From an uncultured delta proteobacterium (lineage in GTDB: Bacteria > Desulfobacterota > Syntrophia > Syntrophales > UBA2185): a stretch of DNA of 64,000 nucleotides. Location of the stretch: contig CAVSPA010000004.1 in the NCBI GenBank assembly GCA_963729715.1, positions 224,001 to 288,000 on the forward strand. Reading direction: 5' to 3'. Below, in pieces: positions 10,288-19,943 of the stretch. Both the position numbers and the translations under genes were made by a program. Position 1 is the first letter of the stretch. Each line of letters starts with the position of its first letter. The notes beneath the pieces were generated by a model that saw only the letters and a program-made list of their open reading frames with translations, made no database searches and was not told the origin of the DNA.

Positions 10288-12768
10288 ATGGGAAATAGAG
10301 ATATGTTTGATTTTTTGAAGAATAGGGAAAACGACCGTGAGACAATGACAATGCCCCTGTTGCCATTGAGAGACGTCGTCGTGTTTCCGCACATGATAGT
10401 ACCGCTCTTCGTAGGCAGAGAGCGGTCCATTGCGGCGCTCGAATCCGCCATGAAGAGTGAAAAAGGCATATTCATGGTGGCGCAGAAGAGTGCCCAAAAA
10501 GATGAACCGGCAGAAAGTGATATTCATAAGGTGGGCGCCATAGGAGTTATTATTCAGCTTTTAAGGCTTCCGGACGGTACGGTAAAGGTGCTGGTGGAAG
10601 GAAAGAAGAGGGGAATAATAAGAGAGTATCTGGCGAATGAAGATTTCTTCTTAGTAAATGTTGAAGAGATCCAGGATATTGATGACAGAAATCAGGTAAA
10701 GGCTGAAGCTTTAACAAGAAATATCCGTGAGTCTTTTGAGAACTATGCAAAACTCGGTAAGAAAGTGCATGTGGAGATGGTCAGCACAATTGCTTCTATT
10801 GACAGCCCTTCGAAACTGGCGGATGTCGTTGCATCTCATATAAGCCTCAAGCTTGAGGAAAAACAAAAACTGTTAGAGATATTCGATGTCAATGAAAGAC
10901 TTGAAGCCGTCTACGAGCTGATGCTCGGAGAGATCGAGATAATGGAGGTTGAAGAAAAAATAAAACGCCGGGTCAAGAAACAGATGGAGAAGACTCAGAA
11001 AGACTATTATCTCAACGAGCAGATGCGAGCCATCCAGAAAGAAATGGGAGAAAAGGATGACTTCCGGAATGAAATAGCCGAACTCGAAAAAAGACTAAAA
11101 CAAAAGAAATTATCGGAAGAAGCGCATAAGAAGGTTAGGCATGAGATTAAGAAACTGCAGATGATGGCACCCATGTCTGCGGAAGCAACGGTGGTGAGGA
11201 ATTACATAGATTGGCTGCTGGATATGCCGTGGGCCGAGAAAACGGAAAATAAGCATACACTCAAGGAATCCGAGGTAATCCTGGAGGAAGATCACTATGG
11301 TCTAAAACAAGTGAAGGAGCGGATTTTAGAATACTTGGCCGTTCAGTCTCTCGTGAAGAAAAATAAAGGCCCCATACTTTGTTTTGTCGGGCCCCCGGGA
11401 GTCGGAAAGACTTCCGTGGCGAAATCTGTCGCTCGCGCAACAAACAGGAAGTTTGTCAGACTTTCTCTTGGTGGCGTCAGGGACGAAGCGGAGATTAGAG
11501 GGCACAGACGAACGTATATCGGGGCTCTGCCCGGCAAGATAGTACAGCTGATAAAGAAGGCGGGATCGAATAATCCCGTATTCTGCCTTGATGAAGTGGA
11601 TAAACTGAGTTCCGATTTCAGAGGTGATCCATCGGCTGCGCTGTTGGAGGTTCTTGACCCGGAACAGAATAATGCCTTCAATGATAATTATCTTGAGGTG
11701 GACTATGATCTGTCTGATGTGATGTTTATTACTACGGCTAATATTCTGCAAACAATACCGCCTGCCTTGCAAGATAGGATGGAGGTGATTCGTCTTGCCG
11801 GATATACCGAACCGGAAAAATTGAACATCGCAAATAAATTTCTCGTCTCGAAAGAGATGGAGGCTAACGGTCTTACAAAGGATAGCATAGCATTCTCCGA
11901 CGGCGCACTACTGTCCATCATCAGACAATATACGAGGGAGGCGGGCGTCCGCAATCTGGAGAGGGAAATTGCCTCAGTTTGCAGAAAGGTTGCCAAGGAA
12001 ATAGCGACAAATGGCGCAGGCCGTAAAGTCAAGATCAGTTCAAAATCGATGCCCAAATATCTTGGTGTACCGAAATTCAGGCATGGAGAAACCGAAGGCA
12101 AGGACGAAATCGGCTTATCTATAGGCTTGGCCTGGACCGAAGTCGGTGGCGAACTCCTCACCATAGAATCTTCGCTGATGAAGGGAACCGGCAAGATGGT
12201 GATGACCGGTAAACTGGGCGACGTAATGCAGGAATCCGTCCAGGCGGCCTTGACATACGTCCGGGCGAGGGCGGATAAATTCGGTCTTGATGAAAATTTT
12301 TACAAGGAGACGGATGTGCATGTGCATGTGCCCGAGGGAGCCATACCCAAGGATGGACCGTCCGCGGGGATAGCCGTAGCCACTTCCATTGCCTCGGCTT
12401 TCATGAAAAGGAAAGTCCGCGGAGATTTGGCCATGACCGGGGAGATTACGCTCAGGGGCAGGGTACTACCTATAGGCGGACTAAAAGAGAAACTGCTTGC
12501 GGCGCACCGCGGAAATTTGAAGACAGTAATTATTCCCAAAGATAACGAAAAAGATATCGCAGAAGTGCCGGCAAATGTTTTGAAGGCCCTCGAAATCATC
12601 TTTGTGGAGCACATGGATGAAGTTATGCGGGTAGCACTGGTTCCAGGCGATGAATTGGAGAGGCGTGAGGAGCTTGAGGAGGATACGCCGATTAGCCGGC
12701 CATCTATTCAGATGACAGAGACGATTCATCCCCTTGGACAGAGTAGTGCAAACGAAAAGCTGAACTAA
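10288..12768 (+). CDS. lon: Lon protease
   Basis: LPLRDVVVFP N-domain, GPPGVGKT, DEVDK, PKDGPSAG, IGGLKEK. Confidence 0.98.
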   Translation: MGNRDMFDFLKNRENDRETMTMPLLPLRDVVVFPHMIVPLFVGRERSIAALESAMKSEKGIFMVAQKSAQKDEPAESDIHKVGAIGVIIQLLRLPDGTVKVLVEGKKRGIIREYLANEDFFLVNVEEIQDIDDRNQVKAEALTRNIRESFENYAKLGKKVHVEMVSTIASIDSPSKLADVVASHISLKLEEKQKLLEIFDVNERLEAVYELMLGEIEIMEVEEKIKRRVKKQMEKTQKDYYLNEQMRAIQKEMGEKDDFRNEIAELEKRLKQKKLSEEAHKKVRHEIKKLQMMAPMSAEATVVRNYIDWLLDMPWAEKTENKHTLKESEVILEEDHYGLKQVKERILEYLAVQSLVKKNKGPILCFVGPPGVGKTSVAKSVARATNRKFVRLSLGGVRDEAEIRGHRRTYIGALPGKIVQLIKKAGSNNPVFCLDEVDKLSSDFRGDPSAALLEVLDPEQNNAFNDNYLEVDYDLSDVMFITTANILQTIPPALQDRMEVIRLAGYTEPEKLNIANKFLVSKEMEANGLTKDSIAFSDGALLSIIRQYTREAGVRNLEREIASVCRKVAKEIATNGAGRKVKISSKSMPKYLGVPKFRHGETEGKDEIGLSIGLAWTEVGGELLTIESSLMKGTGKMVMTGKLGDVMQESVQAALTYVRARADKFGLDENFYKETDVHVHVPEGAIPKDGPSAGIAVATSIASAFMKRKVRGDLAMTGEITLRGRVLPIGGLKEKLLAAHRGNLKTVIIPKDNEKDIAEVPANVLKALEIIFVEHMDEVMRVALVPGDELERREELEEDTPISRPSIQMTETIHPLGQSSANEKLN

Positions 12769-12813
12769 TTATTTCTTGACATCGGGAGATACAGTTGTTA
12801 GGGCAAATCTTAC

Positions 12814-12889
12814 AGGCGGGTAGCTCAGCTGGCAGAGCGCCACGCTTACACCGTGGAAGTCACAGGTTCGAGTCCTGTTCCGCCTACCA
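12814..12889 (+). tRNA. tRNA-Val(TAC)
   Basis: aggcggg...tccgcct-a-cca; anticodon arm ccacg-ctTACac-cgtgg; GGTTCGAGTCC. Confidence 0.97.
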
Positions 12890-12980
12890 AAGAAAAAATA
12901 GGTAATGACCTATATATTAATTATTGCGCATTGAAAATACGAGCAAGAAAGTTTTGAAATTTAAAGAAATATGTCATTTT

Positions 12981-13057
<77 letters not shown>

Positions 13058-13063
13058 AAAATG

Positions 13064-13097
13064 AAGAGGGGTTGACCATTAGGTTGACTCCTTTTTT
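13064..13097 (+). terminator. Probable terminator after tRNA-Asp
   Basis: ggggttgacc/ggttgactcc G-U-containing stem followed by a T tract. Confidence 0.55.
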
Positions 13098-13143
13098 GTT
13101 TTTGCTCACAAGCAGACTTTCCAATGCATTAGAAGAGGGCGAT

Positions 13144-14016
13144 GTGAAATACGAAGGAGATGTAATAAGGCCACCGAGTGAGGCCAACAGCATGTTGCTG
13201 CAAGTAACGGTGGGCTGCTCCCACAATAAGTGCAGCTTTTGCCCTGCCTATAAGAAAAAGAAATTCAGGATAAAATCATACGATGATATTCTGGAAGATA
13301 TCCTTGAAGCAAGCCGCTGGCGCTCTATCGATAAGGTGTTTCTTTGCGACGGCGATGCCCTCATCATACCGCAGGAAAGGCTCAGGCAGATATTGGGCTT
13401 GATACACACACATATCCAGGACGTGAAGAGGGTGGGGACATATGCCAATGCCAAGAGCATCCTGCGAAAAACCCTTGACGAACTGGTCCAGTTAAGAGAG
13501 CTCGGTCTCAGAATAGTATATATGGGCATCGAAACTGGAAACGATGAATTGCTAAGGAAGATAGAAAAGGGGGTAACCTCTGCCCAGATACTCGAGGCCG
13601 GCCGCCGAATCAAAGAGGCGGGTATCGAGTTATCTGTTACTGTTATACTTGGTCTGGGAGGCAGCAGGCAGAACACTGAACATGTCAATGATACGGCAAG
13701 AATCCTGACTGATATAGATCCTGAATATGCAAGTGCCCTGACGCTTATGCTCATGCCTGGAACACCATTGTATGCGGAATATGAATCGGGAAATTTTACG
13801 CTGCCCGATAAGTTTGATTTGCTGAGAGAACTGGCGGGAATTATCGAAAAGTCCGATTTCAGTGGCTGTTACTTTACTTCGAATCATGCGTCAAATTATC
13901 TTCCCATAAAGGCGAGGTTGCCTTCAGAAAAGGAGAAGACTGTAATTAGGATATATAACACGATCAAGAAAAATGATGTGAAATCTCTAAGACCGGAATA
14001 TATGAGGGGCTTCTAA
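13144..14016 (+). CDS. Radical SAM protein (uncharacterised)
   Basis: Likely GTG start at 13144 (KYEGDVIRPPSEA). Motifs GCSHNKCSFC, FLCDGDAL, SNHASNYL. Confidence 0.85.
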   Translation: MKYEGDVIRPPSEANSMLLQVTVGCSHNKCSFCPAYKKKKFRIKSYDDILEDILEASRWRSIDKVFLCDGDALIIPQERLRQILGLIHTHIQDVKRVGTYANAKSILRKTLDELVQLRELGLRIVYMGIETGNDELLRKIEKGVTSAQILEAGRRIKEAGIELSVTVILGLGGSRQNTEHVNDTARILTDIDPEYASALTLMLMPGTPLYAEYESGNFTLPDKFDLLRELAGIIEKSDFSGCYFTSNHASNYLPIKARLPSEKEKTVIRIYNTIKKNDVKSLRPEYMRGF

Positions 14017-14025
14017 GAGAGGGGA

Positions 14026-14910
14026 TTGGTTATCTTGGGCAATAGAATTCTCGCAAAGATCAGGAACTGGTTTTCTCCCGACAACCAGGCGCGACTGGAG
14101 GAGGAAATCCAGTCCATAATAGACGCCGGGGAAGAGAAAGGGCTCATCGATCAGCAATCCGGGGAGATGATTCAGAGTATACTTGAATTCCGGGACACCG
14201 TAGTCAGGGAGGTGATGATTCCGAGAACGGAAATGGTAGCTATCAGAAGCGATGCTACTGTCGAAGAGATTCTTGAACTTACCATAAAATTTGGACATAC
14301 GAGGATGCCCGTGTATGCTGAAAATGTGGACAACATTCTCGGCATTCTGAATGTCAAGGATCTTCTAAAATTCTGGTCAAAATCTATAGCGGAAACGGAT
14401 ATCCTGTCGAGCCTGCGAAAGCCCTATTACATTCCTGAAACAAAGAATACACATCATCTGCTCCATGAATTGAAGCAGAAGAAATACCACATGGCAATCG
14501 TGATAGATGAGTATGGCGGGACCTCCGGCCTCGTCACACTTGAAGACCTCATTGAGGAAATTGTCGGAGAAATCCATGACGAACATGACGCGAAAAAGGG
14601 CAGTATCGTTGAATTAAGCGATGGTTATACCCTGATTGACGGAAGGGTGGAAATCGAGGCTATTGAAGATTACTTAGGGGTGAAGTTTCAAGAAGGAAAA
14701 TTTGAGACCCTCGGCGGATTTATACTTAACCTGCTGAGAAAAATTCCCGTGACCGGAGAGATTATTCATGTCGATAATCTGGAAATGATAATTGACTCAG
14801 CGGACGAACGAAGCGTGAAAAGGGTCAAGTTAAAAAGGTTGGAAGGATCCCCGGCACGGAGTGAAGGGACAGTGATAAGAATTGAGAACGCAAAGCTTGA
14901 GGATAAATAG
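14026..14910 (+). CDS. corC: HlyC/CorC family CBS-domain protein
   Basis: [44 protein letters not shown], CorC_HlyC tail (ETLGGF). Confidence 0.9.
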   Translation: MVILGNRILAKIRNWFSPDNQARLEEEIQSIIDAGEEKGLIDQQSGEMIQSILEFRDTVVREVMIPRTEMVAIRSDATVEEILELTIKFGHTRMPVYAENVDNILGILNVKDLLKFWSKSIAETDILSSLRKPYYIPETKNTHHLLHELKQKKYHMAIVIDEYGGTSGLVTLEDLIEEIVGEIHDEHDAKKGSIVELSDGYTLIDGRVEIEAIEDYLGVKFQEGKFETLGGFILNLLRKIPVTGEIIHVDNLEMIIDSADERSVKRVKLKRLEGSPARSEGTVIRIENAKLEDK

Positions 14911-16453
14911 AAAAATATTATTTTTGAGCGTTGCTTCGGGAATCCTCCTCTTTCTTTCCTTTCCCAAACACGGTGCGGGGGTAATGGCATGGGTGGCCTT
15001 GATTCCCCTTTTTTTTGCCCTCAGGGATGCCAATGATATCCGGGATGGGTTGATCGCAGGCTTCGTGGCAGGCCTTACGTTCAATATAGGCATCATGTAT
15101 TGGATTACGTTTGTCGTTGTCCACTATGGACATCTTGCATATTCTATAGGCATCTTTCTCATGATCCTTGTCGCGGCCTACTTGAGCATATACGTTGCTT
15201 TGTTTGCAGCGGGCGTCGTATATTTCTCGGGCAAAGGCATCTCCGGGATTATCGTGGCGCCGGCTTTATGGACGTGTCTGGAATACGGAAAGTCTCATCT
15301 GCTGACGGGATTTCCCTGGGAGAACTTGGCTTATTCTCAACATCTCAATAGGTATCTGATTCAGGTAGTCGATATAACCGGGACATATGGAATCACATTT
15401 GTTATCATCCTCGTGAATGTAGTTCTCTACGATGTCCTGAAGGAGAGATTCAGAGGACGGCGGGCAATGGGAGAAGTTTCCTTGTGTTGTATAATCGTGC
15501 TCGGCATGTACTGTTACGGGTACATCCGTACAGAGCAGATAGAGAAGGTCTCGCAGGCAGCCGAGACGATGGATGTTGCCGTTGTTCAAGGGAATATAGA
15601 TCAAAGCGTTAAATGGAATCCCGACTTTCAGTTTGATACGATCAAGGCATACAAAAATCTATCACTGGAGAAAAAAACGTCGCGACCGCGCTTGACCGTG
15701 TGGCCGGAAACAGCAGCACCGTTCTTCTTTCAGGATGCGAATATGATGCAAGGCGAGATTCTGGATGTGGCCCGCATCTCGGGTGATTGGCTCCTTTTTG
15801 GAAGTCCCAGCTATCAGAAGGATTGTGATGGGGTTGCCGGGTGTGTGTCGTTTTTAAACAGCGCTTTTCTATTATCACCGCAAGGAAGCATTGTTGGGCG
15901 TTACGACAAGGTGCATCTTGTGCCTTATGGTGAATATGTGCCGTTGAGAGAGATGTTTCCCTTCGTCAGTAAACTGGTTGTCGGCGTGGGGGATTTCCGA
16001 TCAGGCGAGGGATATAAGCCTCTGACCATGGACGGCCATAAGCTTGGCGTCCTGATCTGTTATGAGGGGATATTTCCCGAGGCGAGCAGGGCGTATAAAA
16101 GAATGGGTGCTGATTTACTTGTGAATATAACAAATGATGCATGGTTTGGAAGGACGTCGGCGCCGTATCAACATCTTTCCATGACCGTGTTCAGGGCAGT
16201 GGAAAATCGCCTGTATATAGCGAGAAGCGCAAATACGGGAATTAGTGCCATAATCGATCCCACAGGAAGGGTCGTCGCACAGACGGAATTGTTTGAGAGA
16301 ATAGCCTTGAGAAATACGATAGGATTTATTAACAACAAGACATTCTATTCGGTATACGGGGATGTTTTTGTTCTAATTTCCATGGCAGCCTTGGTTTGTT
16401 GCATAATAATGAGTTTGAGGAGGAAGAATGTTGACGCTTACAGGAATCAATGA
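14882..16453 (+). CDS. lnt: Apolipoprotein N-acyltransferase
   Basis: Multiple TM segments, GFPW, QGNI, WPET, YDKVHLVPYGEY, ICYEGIFP, TNDAWFG. Start is uncertain. Confidence 0.96.
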   Translation: MRTQSLRINRKILFLSVASGILLFLSFPKHGAGVMAWVALIPLFFALRDANDIRDGLIAGFVAGLTFNIGIMYWITFVVVHYGHLAYSIGIFLMILVAAYLSIYVALFAAGVVYFSGKGISGIIVAPALWTCLEYGKSHLLTGFPWENLAYSQHLNRYLIQVVDITGTYGITFVIILVNVVLYDVLKERFRGRRAMGEVSLCCIIVLGMYCYGYIRTEQIEKVSQAAETMDVAVVQGNIDQSVKWNPDFQFDTIKAYKNLSLEKKTSRPRLTVWPETAAPFFFQDANMMQGEILDVARISGDWLLFGSPSYQKDCDGVAGCVSFLNSAFLLSPQGSIVGRYDKVHLVPYGEYVPLREMFPFVSKLVVGVGDFRSGEGYKPLTMDGHKLGVLICYEGIFPEASRAYKRMGADLLVNITNDAWFGRTSAPYQHLSMTVFRAVENRLYIARSANTGISAIIDPTGRVVAQTELFERIALRNTIGFINNKTFYSVYGDVFVLISMAALVCCIIMSLRRKNVDAYRNQ

Positions 16454-17523
16454 AAGCATGCTGGAATTGAAAAGGAGAATAGATCATCTCGGAGAGTGTC
16501 TTTGACATAACAGAAAAACAAAAGCGCATCCAAGAACTGGAAAAGGCATCACTCAGCGAGAATTTTTGGAATGAGCAGGATAAGGCGCGTGAAACCCTGA
16601 AGGACAAGAATAAGCTCGAAACGATCGTTGATAACTGGAAGAAGTTAAAGGACGGCATCGACGACATGGAAATCCTGCTCGATCTGGCACGCGAAGAAGA
16701 CGATGACCAAACTGCAGCAGAGATCGAAAAAGACTTAGACAGGCTCAAATCATCCGTAAGAGACGCAGAATTGAAACTGATGTTGGGGTCTCCGCAGGAT
16801 GCAATGAATTCCATAATGACAATACATGCGGGTGCGGGGGGAACCGAGGCTCAGGACTGGGCGGAGATGCTGCTGCGCATGTATTTGCGGTGGGCGGAAC
16901 GGAGAGGCTATTCGACCACCATTATCGATTATCAACCCGGTGATGAAGCGGGTCTAAAGAGCGTTTCCATAACCATTGAAGGAGACTATGCATACGGCTA
17001 TGCCAAGGCGGAAATCGGCATACACAGGCTTGTGCGCATATCGCCTTTTGATTCCGGAGCGCGCCGGCATACGTCATTCGCTTCCGTTTTTGTCTATCCT
17101 GAAGTGGACGACGAGATAGTCGTTGAAATCGACGACAATGATCTGCGCATAGATACCTATAGGGCCACGGGTGCGGGAGGGCAGCATGTCAATAAGACGG
17201 ATTCTGCCGTCAGGATCACGCATCTGCCGACGGGGATAGTGGTGCAATGTCAGAATGAACGTTCTCAGCACAAGAACAAAGCGATGGCCATGAAGTTCTT
17301 GAAGTCGCGTCTTTACGAAATGCAGCTGCAGGAACAGAAAAAAAAGATCGACGAACAGAATAAAGCAAAAAAAGATATCGCCTGGGGCAGCCAGATAAGA
17401 TCCTACATCCTTCACCCCTATAAATTAGTGAAGGATCACCGGACAAATCTTGAGATCGGCAATGTGAATAGAGTATTGGACGGCGACATAGATGATCTTA
17501 TTCAAGCATATCTGTTGAATTAA
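16428..17523 (+). CDS. prfB: Peptide chain release factor 2 (programmed +1 frameshift at CTT TGA C, 16500-16506)
   Basis: ATG 16428 after GAGGAGG reads 25 codons to CTT-TGA; the +1 frame continues into ORF 16666..17523 with SPF and GGQ motifs. Confidence 0.96.
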
Positions 17524-17622
17524 AAAGTACAATGCATCAGCGGAATATGATATACACAGCGTGCATCTTGCCTCTGATGCCAAGGTCTGTAGTCGTATAC
17601 AAAGAGAAAGGAGTTTATTGAG

Positions 17623-19482
17623 ATGTCAAGAGAAAGCCGATTTCTCCTGCGACTTATTTTCATATGTTTGCTGCTCTGCCAGATACTCCCAATCAGTAAT
17701 GCCTACGGAGAGATGAAAACCGGAAATGAGCCGTCTCTGATCGTCGTTGGTCCGGAAAAATCAAAGGACAATGACGGAAGTGAGGTATCGCCATCTGCGA
17801 AACATGGGCTTCCTGCGAAAGGTGCACTGAACGAACAAGAGAGAGAAAAGGGCAGGGACATAATGGAAGAGGCGCTTGAACTCCTTGACGAATCGCGAGA
17901 ATACTGGGTCAAGGGTGATCTCGAGAATGCGTTGGATTTGCTCGATCAGGCTTATGCTCTGCTTCTTGATGCGAATGGCGAGCCCGATATCGCTCGCCAG
18001 AAGGACGACATACGCCTCCTTATCTCAAAGCAGATCCTTGCTATCTACTCGTCGATGCACACTACGACAAGCGGTAAGCACAGTGAAATACCGCATGTGA
18101 TCAATTCGGATGTAGAGAAGGAAATCAGGCTCTTTCAAACGGTAGAAAGAGATTTTTTTATCCAGTCACAGGAACGTTCCACATTGTATCGGCCTATAAT
18201 CTTGAAGGAGTTGAAGAATGCAGGGTTACCTGAGGAGCTTGCATGGCTTCCCCTGGTAGAAAGCGGATTCAAAATTCACGCCTTGTCACGCGCGCGCGCC
18301 CTTGGCCTTTGGCAGTTCATTCCTTCTACGGGCTATAAGTACGGCCTAAACCGCGACGAATGGCTCGATGAAAGATTGGATGCGGAAAAATCGACCAGGG
18401 CTGCGATTGACTATCTGAAGGAGCTACACGACATGTTCGGCGACTGGCTTACAGTTCTGGCAGCATACAATTGCGGAGAAGGTAGGGTCCTCAAGGTCAT
18501 ATCGAGGCAGCATATCAACTATTTCGACAGATTCTGGGACTTGTACCGTCAACTCCCTTATGAGACGGCTCGTTACGTACCCCGCTTCCTAGCGACTCTG
18601 CAAATAATAAAGAATCCCAAGAAGTACGGCTTTGATTTTAGTGAGAGTCCTGCCGGGCAAAATACCTACCGCTATGAAACGGTGAAAACAGATAAGTCCA
18701 TGCGTCTCTCGGATATCGCAAGCCACCTGGGAACTCCGGAGGAGACAATTACTACGCTTAATTCGGAGTTAAGACAAAGTATTACGCCTGATAAAGAATA
18801 TAATCTCAAGGTGCCTCCGGGAATGGCTGAAAAAACCGCGAAGATTATGGATGAAGTTCCCAAATGCGAGAAGCCGCGCGAGGTATTTGTGCACTACAAA
18901 GCGAAACGGGGAGAGACAGTTGTGGCGGTCGCGCGTAAATACAGAACATCTATAAGTGCGATAATGGCATATAATAACGTATCCAGCGGTAAGAGGTTGA
19001 GGGCAGGCCAGCATTTGATCATACCCGTTCACGGCAGCGGTTATGCGAGGGCTAAATCAACTCAGCAATCAGACAAGGATGATATCCAGGTAAACGGGGA
19101 AACGATAAAATACAGGGCAAAAAAAGGCGATACGCTCGCTTCTGTAGCAAGGCGCTTTGATACAACTGTCGATGAAATTAAAAGGTTAAACAAATTCAAA
19201 AAGCGTAAAGCCCTCAAAAGAGGCCAGGTCATCCTGGTAAGTAACAAGAACGGGGAAAAGCAACAGGGCAACGGGTCAGACAAAGAAATGCATAAGAATG
19301 TCAGTAAGAGAAACAAAGAAGCGGCGTCTAACGACGGCGGTAAAACATACACGGTGCGAAACGGAGACAACCTAGGCAAAATTGCGAAGAAGAATGGAGT
19401 CAGTCTGCATAAAATCCTGGAAATGAATAAATTGGCGCGTGAAGATAACATACATCCGGGTCAAGTCATAATCCTGAAATGA
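17623..19482 (+). CDS. mltD: Lytic transglycosylase with LysM repeats (MltD-like)
   Basis: Signal peptide, LVESGF, GLWQFIP, AAYNCGEGRV, ETARYV, three to four C-terminal LysM-like repeats. Confidence 0.88.
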   Translation: MSRESRFLLRLIFICLLLCQILPISNAYGEMKTGNEPSLIVVGPEKSKDNDGSEVSPSAKHGLPAKGALNEQEREKGRDIMEEALELLDESREYWVKGDLENALDLLDQAYALLLDANGEPDIARQKDDIRLLISKQILAIYSSMHTTTSGKHSEIPHVINSDVEKEIRLFQTVERDFFIQSQERSTLYRPIILKELKNAGLPEELAWLPLVESGFKIHALSRARALGLWQFIPSTGYKYGLNRDEWLDERLDAEKSTRAAIDYLKELHDMFGDWLTVLAAYNCGEGRVLKVISRQHINYFDRFWDLYRQLPYETARYVPRFLATLQIIKNPKKYGFDFSESPAGQNTYRYETVKTDKSMRLSDIASHLGTPEETITTLNSELRQSITPDKEYNLKVPPGMAEKTAKIMDEVPKCEKPREVFVHYKAKRGETVVAVARKYRTSISAIMAYNNVSSGKRLRAGQHLIIPVHGSGYARAKSTQQSDKDDIQVNGETIKYRAKKGDTLASVARRFDTTVDEIKRLNKFKKRKALKRGQVILVSNKNGEKQQGNGSDKEMHKNVSKRNKEAASNDGGKTYTVRNGDNLGKIAKKNGVSLHKILEMNKLAREDNIHPGQVIILK

Positions 19483-19490
19483 TGTTACTC

Positions 19491-19943
19491 TCATCTAATG
19501 TCATAACCCTTCAGCATATAGAATAGCTCCTGTTGCTTTTTTTTCATCCTTTGAGTATTCACCTTACTGACATTCTCGTGGTTGTAATCAAGAAGATGAA
19601 GGACGCCATGAATCATAAGGAATGCCAGCTCGTCATCAAAAGCCATACCGGATTTCTCGGCATCCCTGAGGGCTGTTTCCGCAGAAATTACAATGTCGCC
19701 CAAGATGTTGGGATTGATATCCCCGAATTCCCCTTCAGTAAGAGAGAAGGATATGACATTTGTCGGGTAATCCCTGCTTAAATAATGTCTGTTAATTTCC
19801 CTTATTTCCCTGTCCCCGACAAACAGCAGGCTAATAACCTTATCGCTGCAATTGACGAGCTTCATAATCCTGATCATCGCCCGTCGTACGCTGCCCCGGT
19901 CAATGCTTATTTGCTTCTGCCTGTTTTCTATTATGACTGGCAT
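19491..19943 (-). CDS. ybeY: rRNA maturation endoribonuclease YbeY
   Basis: PTNVISF, LGDIVIS, HGVLHLLDYNH. Probable start MPVIIEN at 19943. Confidence 0.93.
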   Translation of the reverse strand: MPVIIENRQKQISIDRGSVRRAMIRIMKLVNCSDKVISLLFVGDREIREINRHYLSRDYPTNVISFSLTEGEFGDINPNILGDIVISAETALRDAEKSGMAFDDELAFLMIHGVLHLLDYNHENVSKVNTQRMKKKQQELFYMLKGYDIR

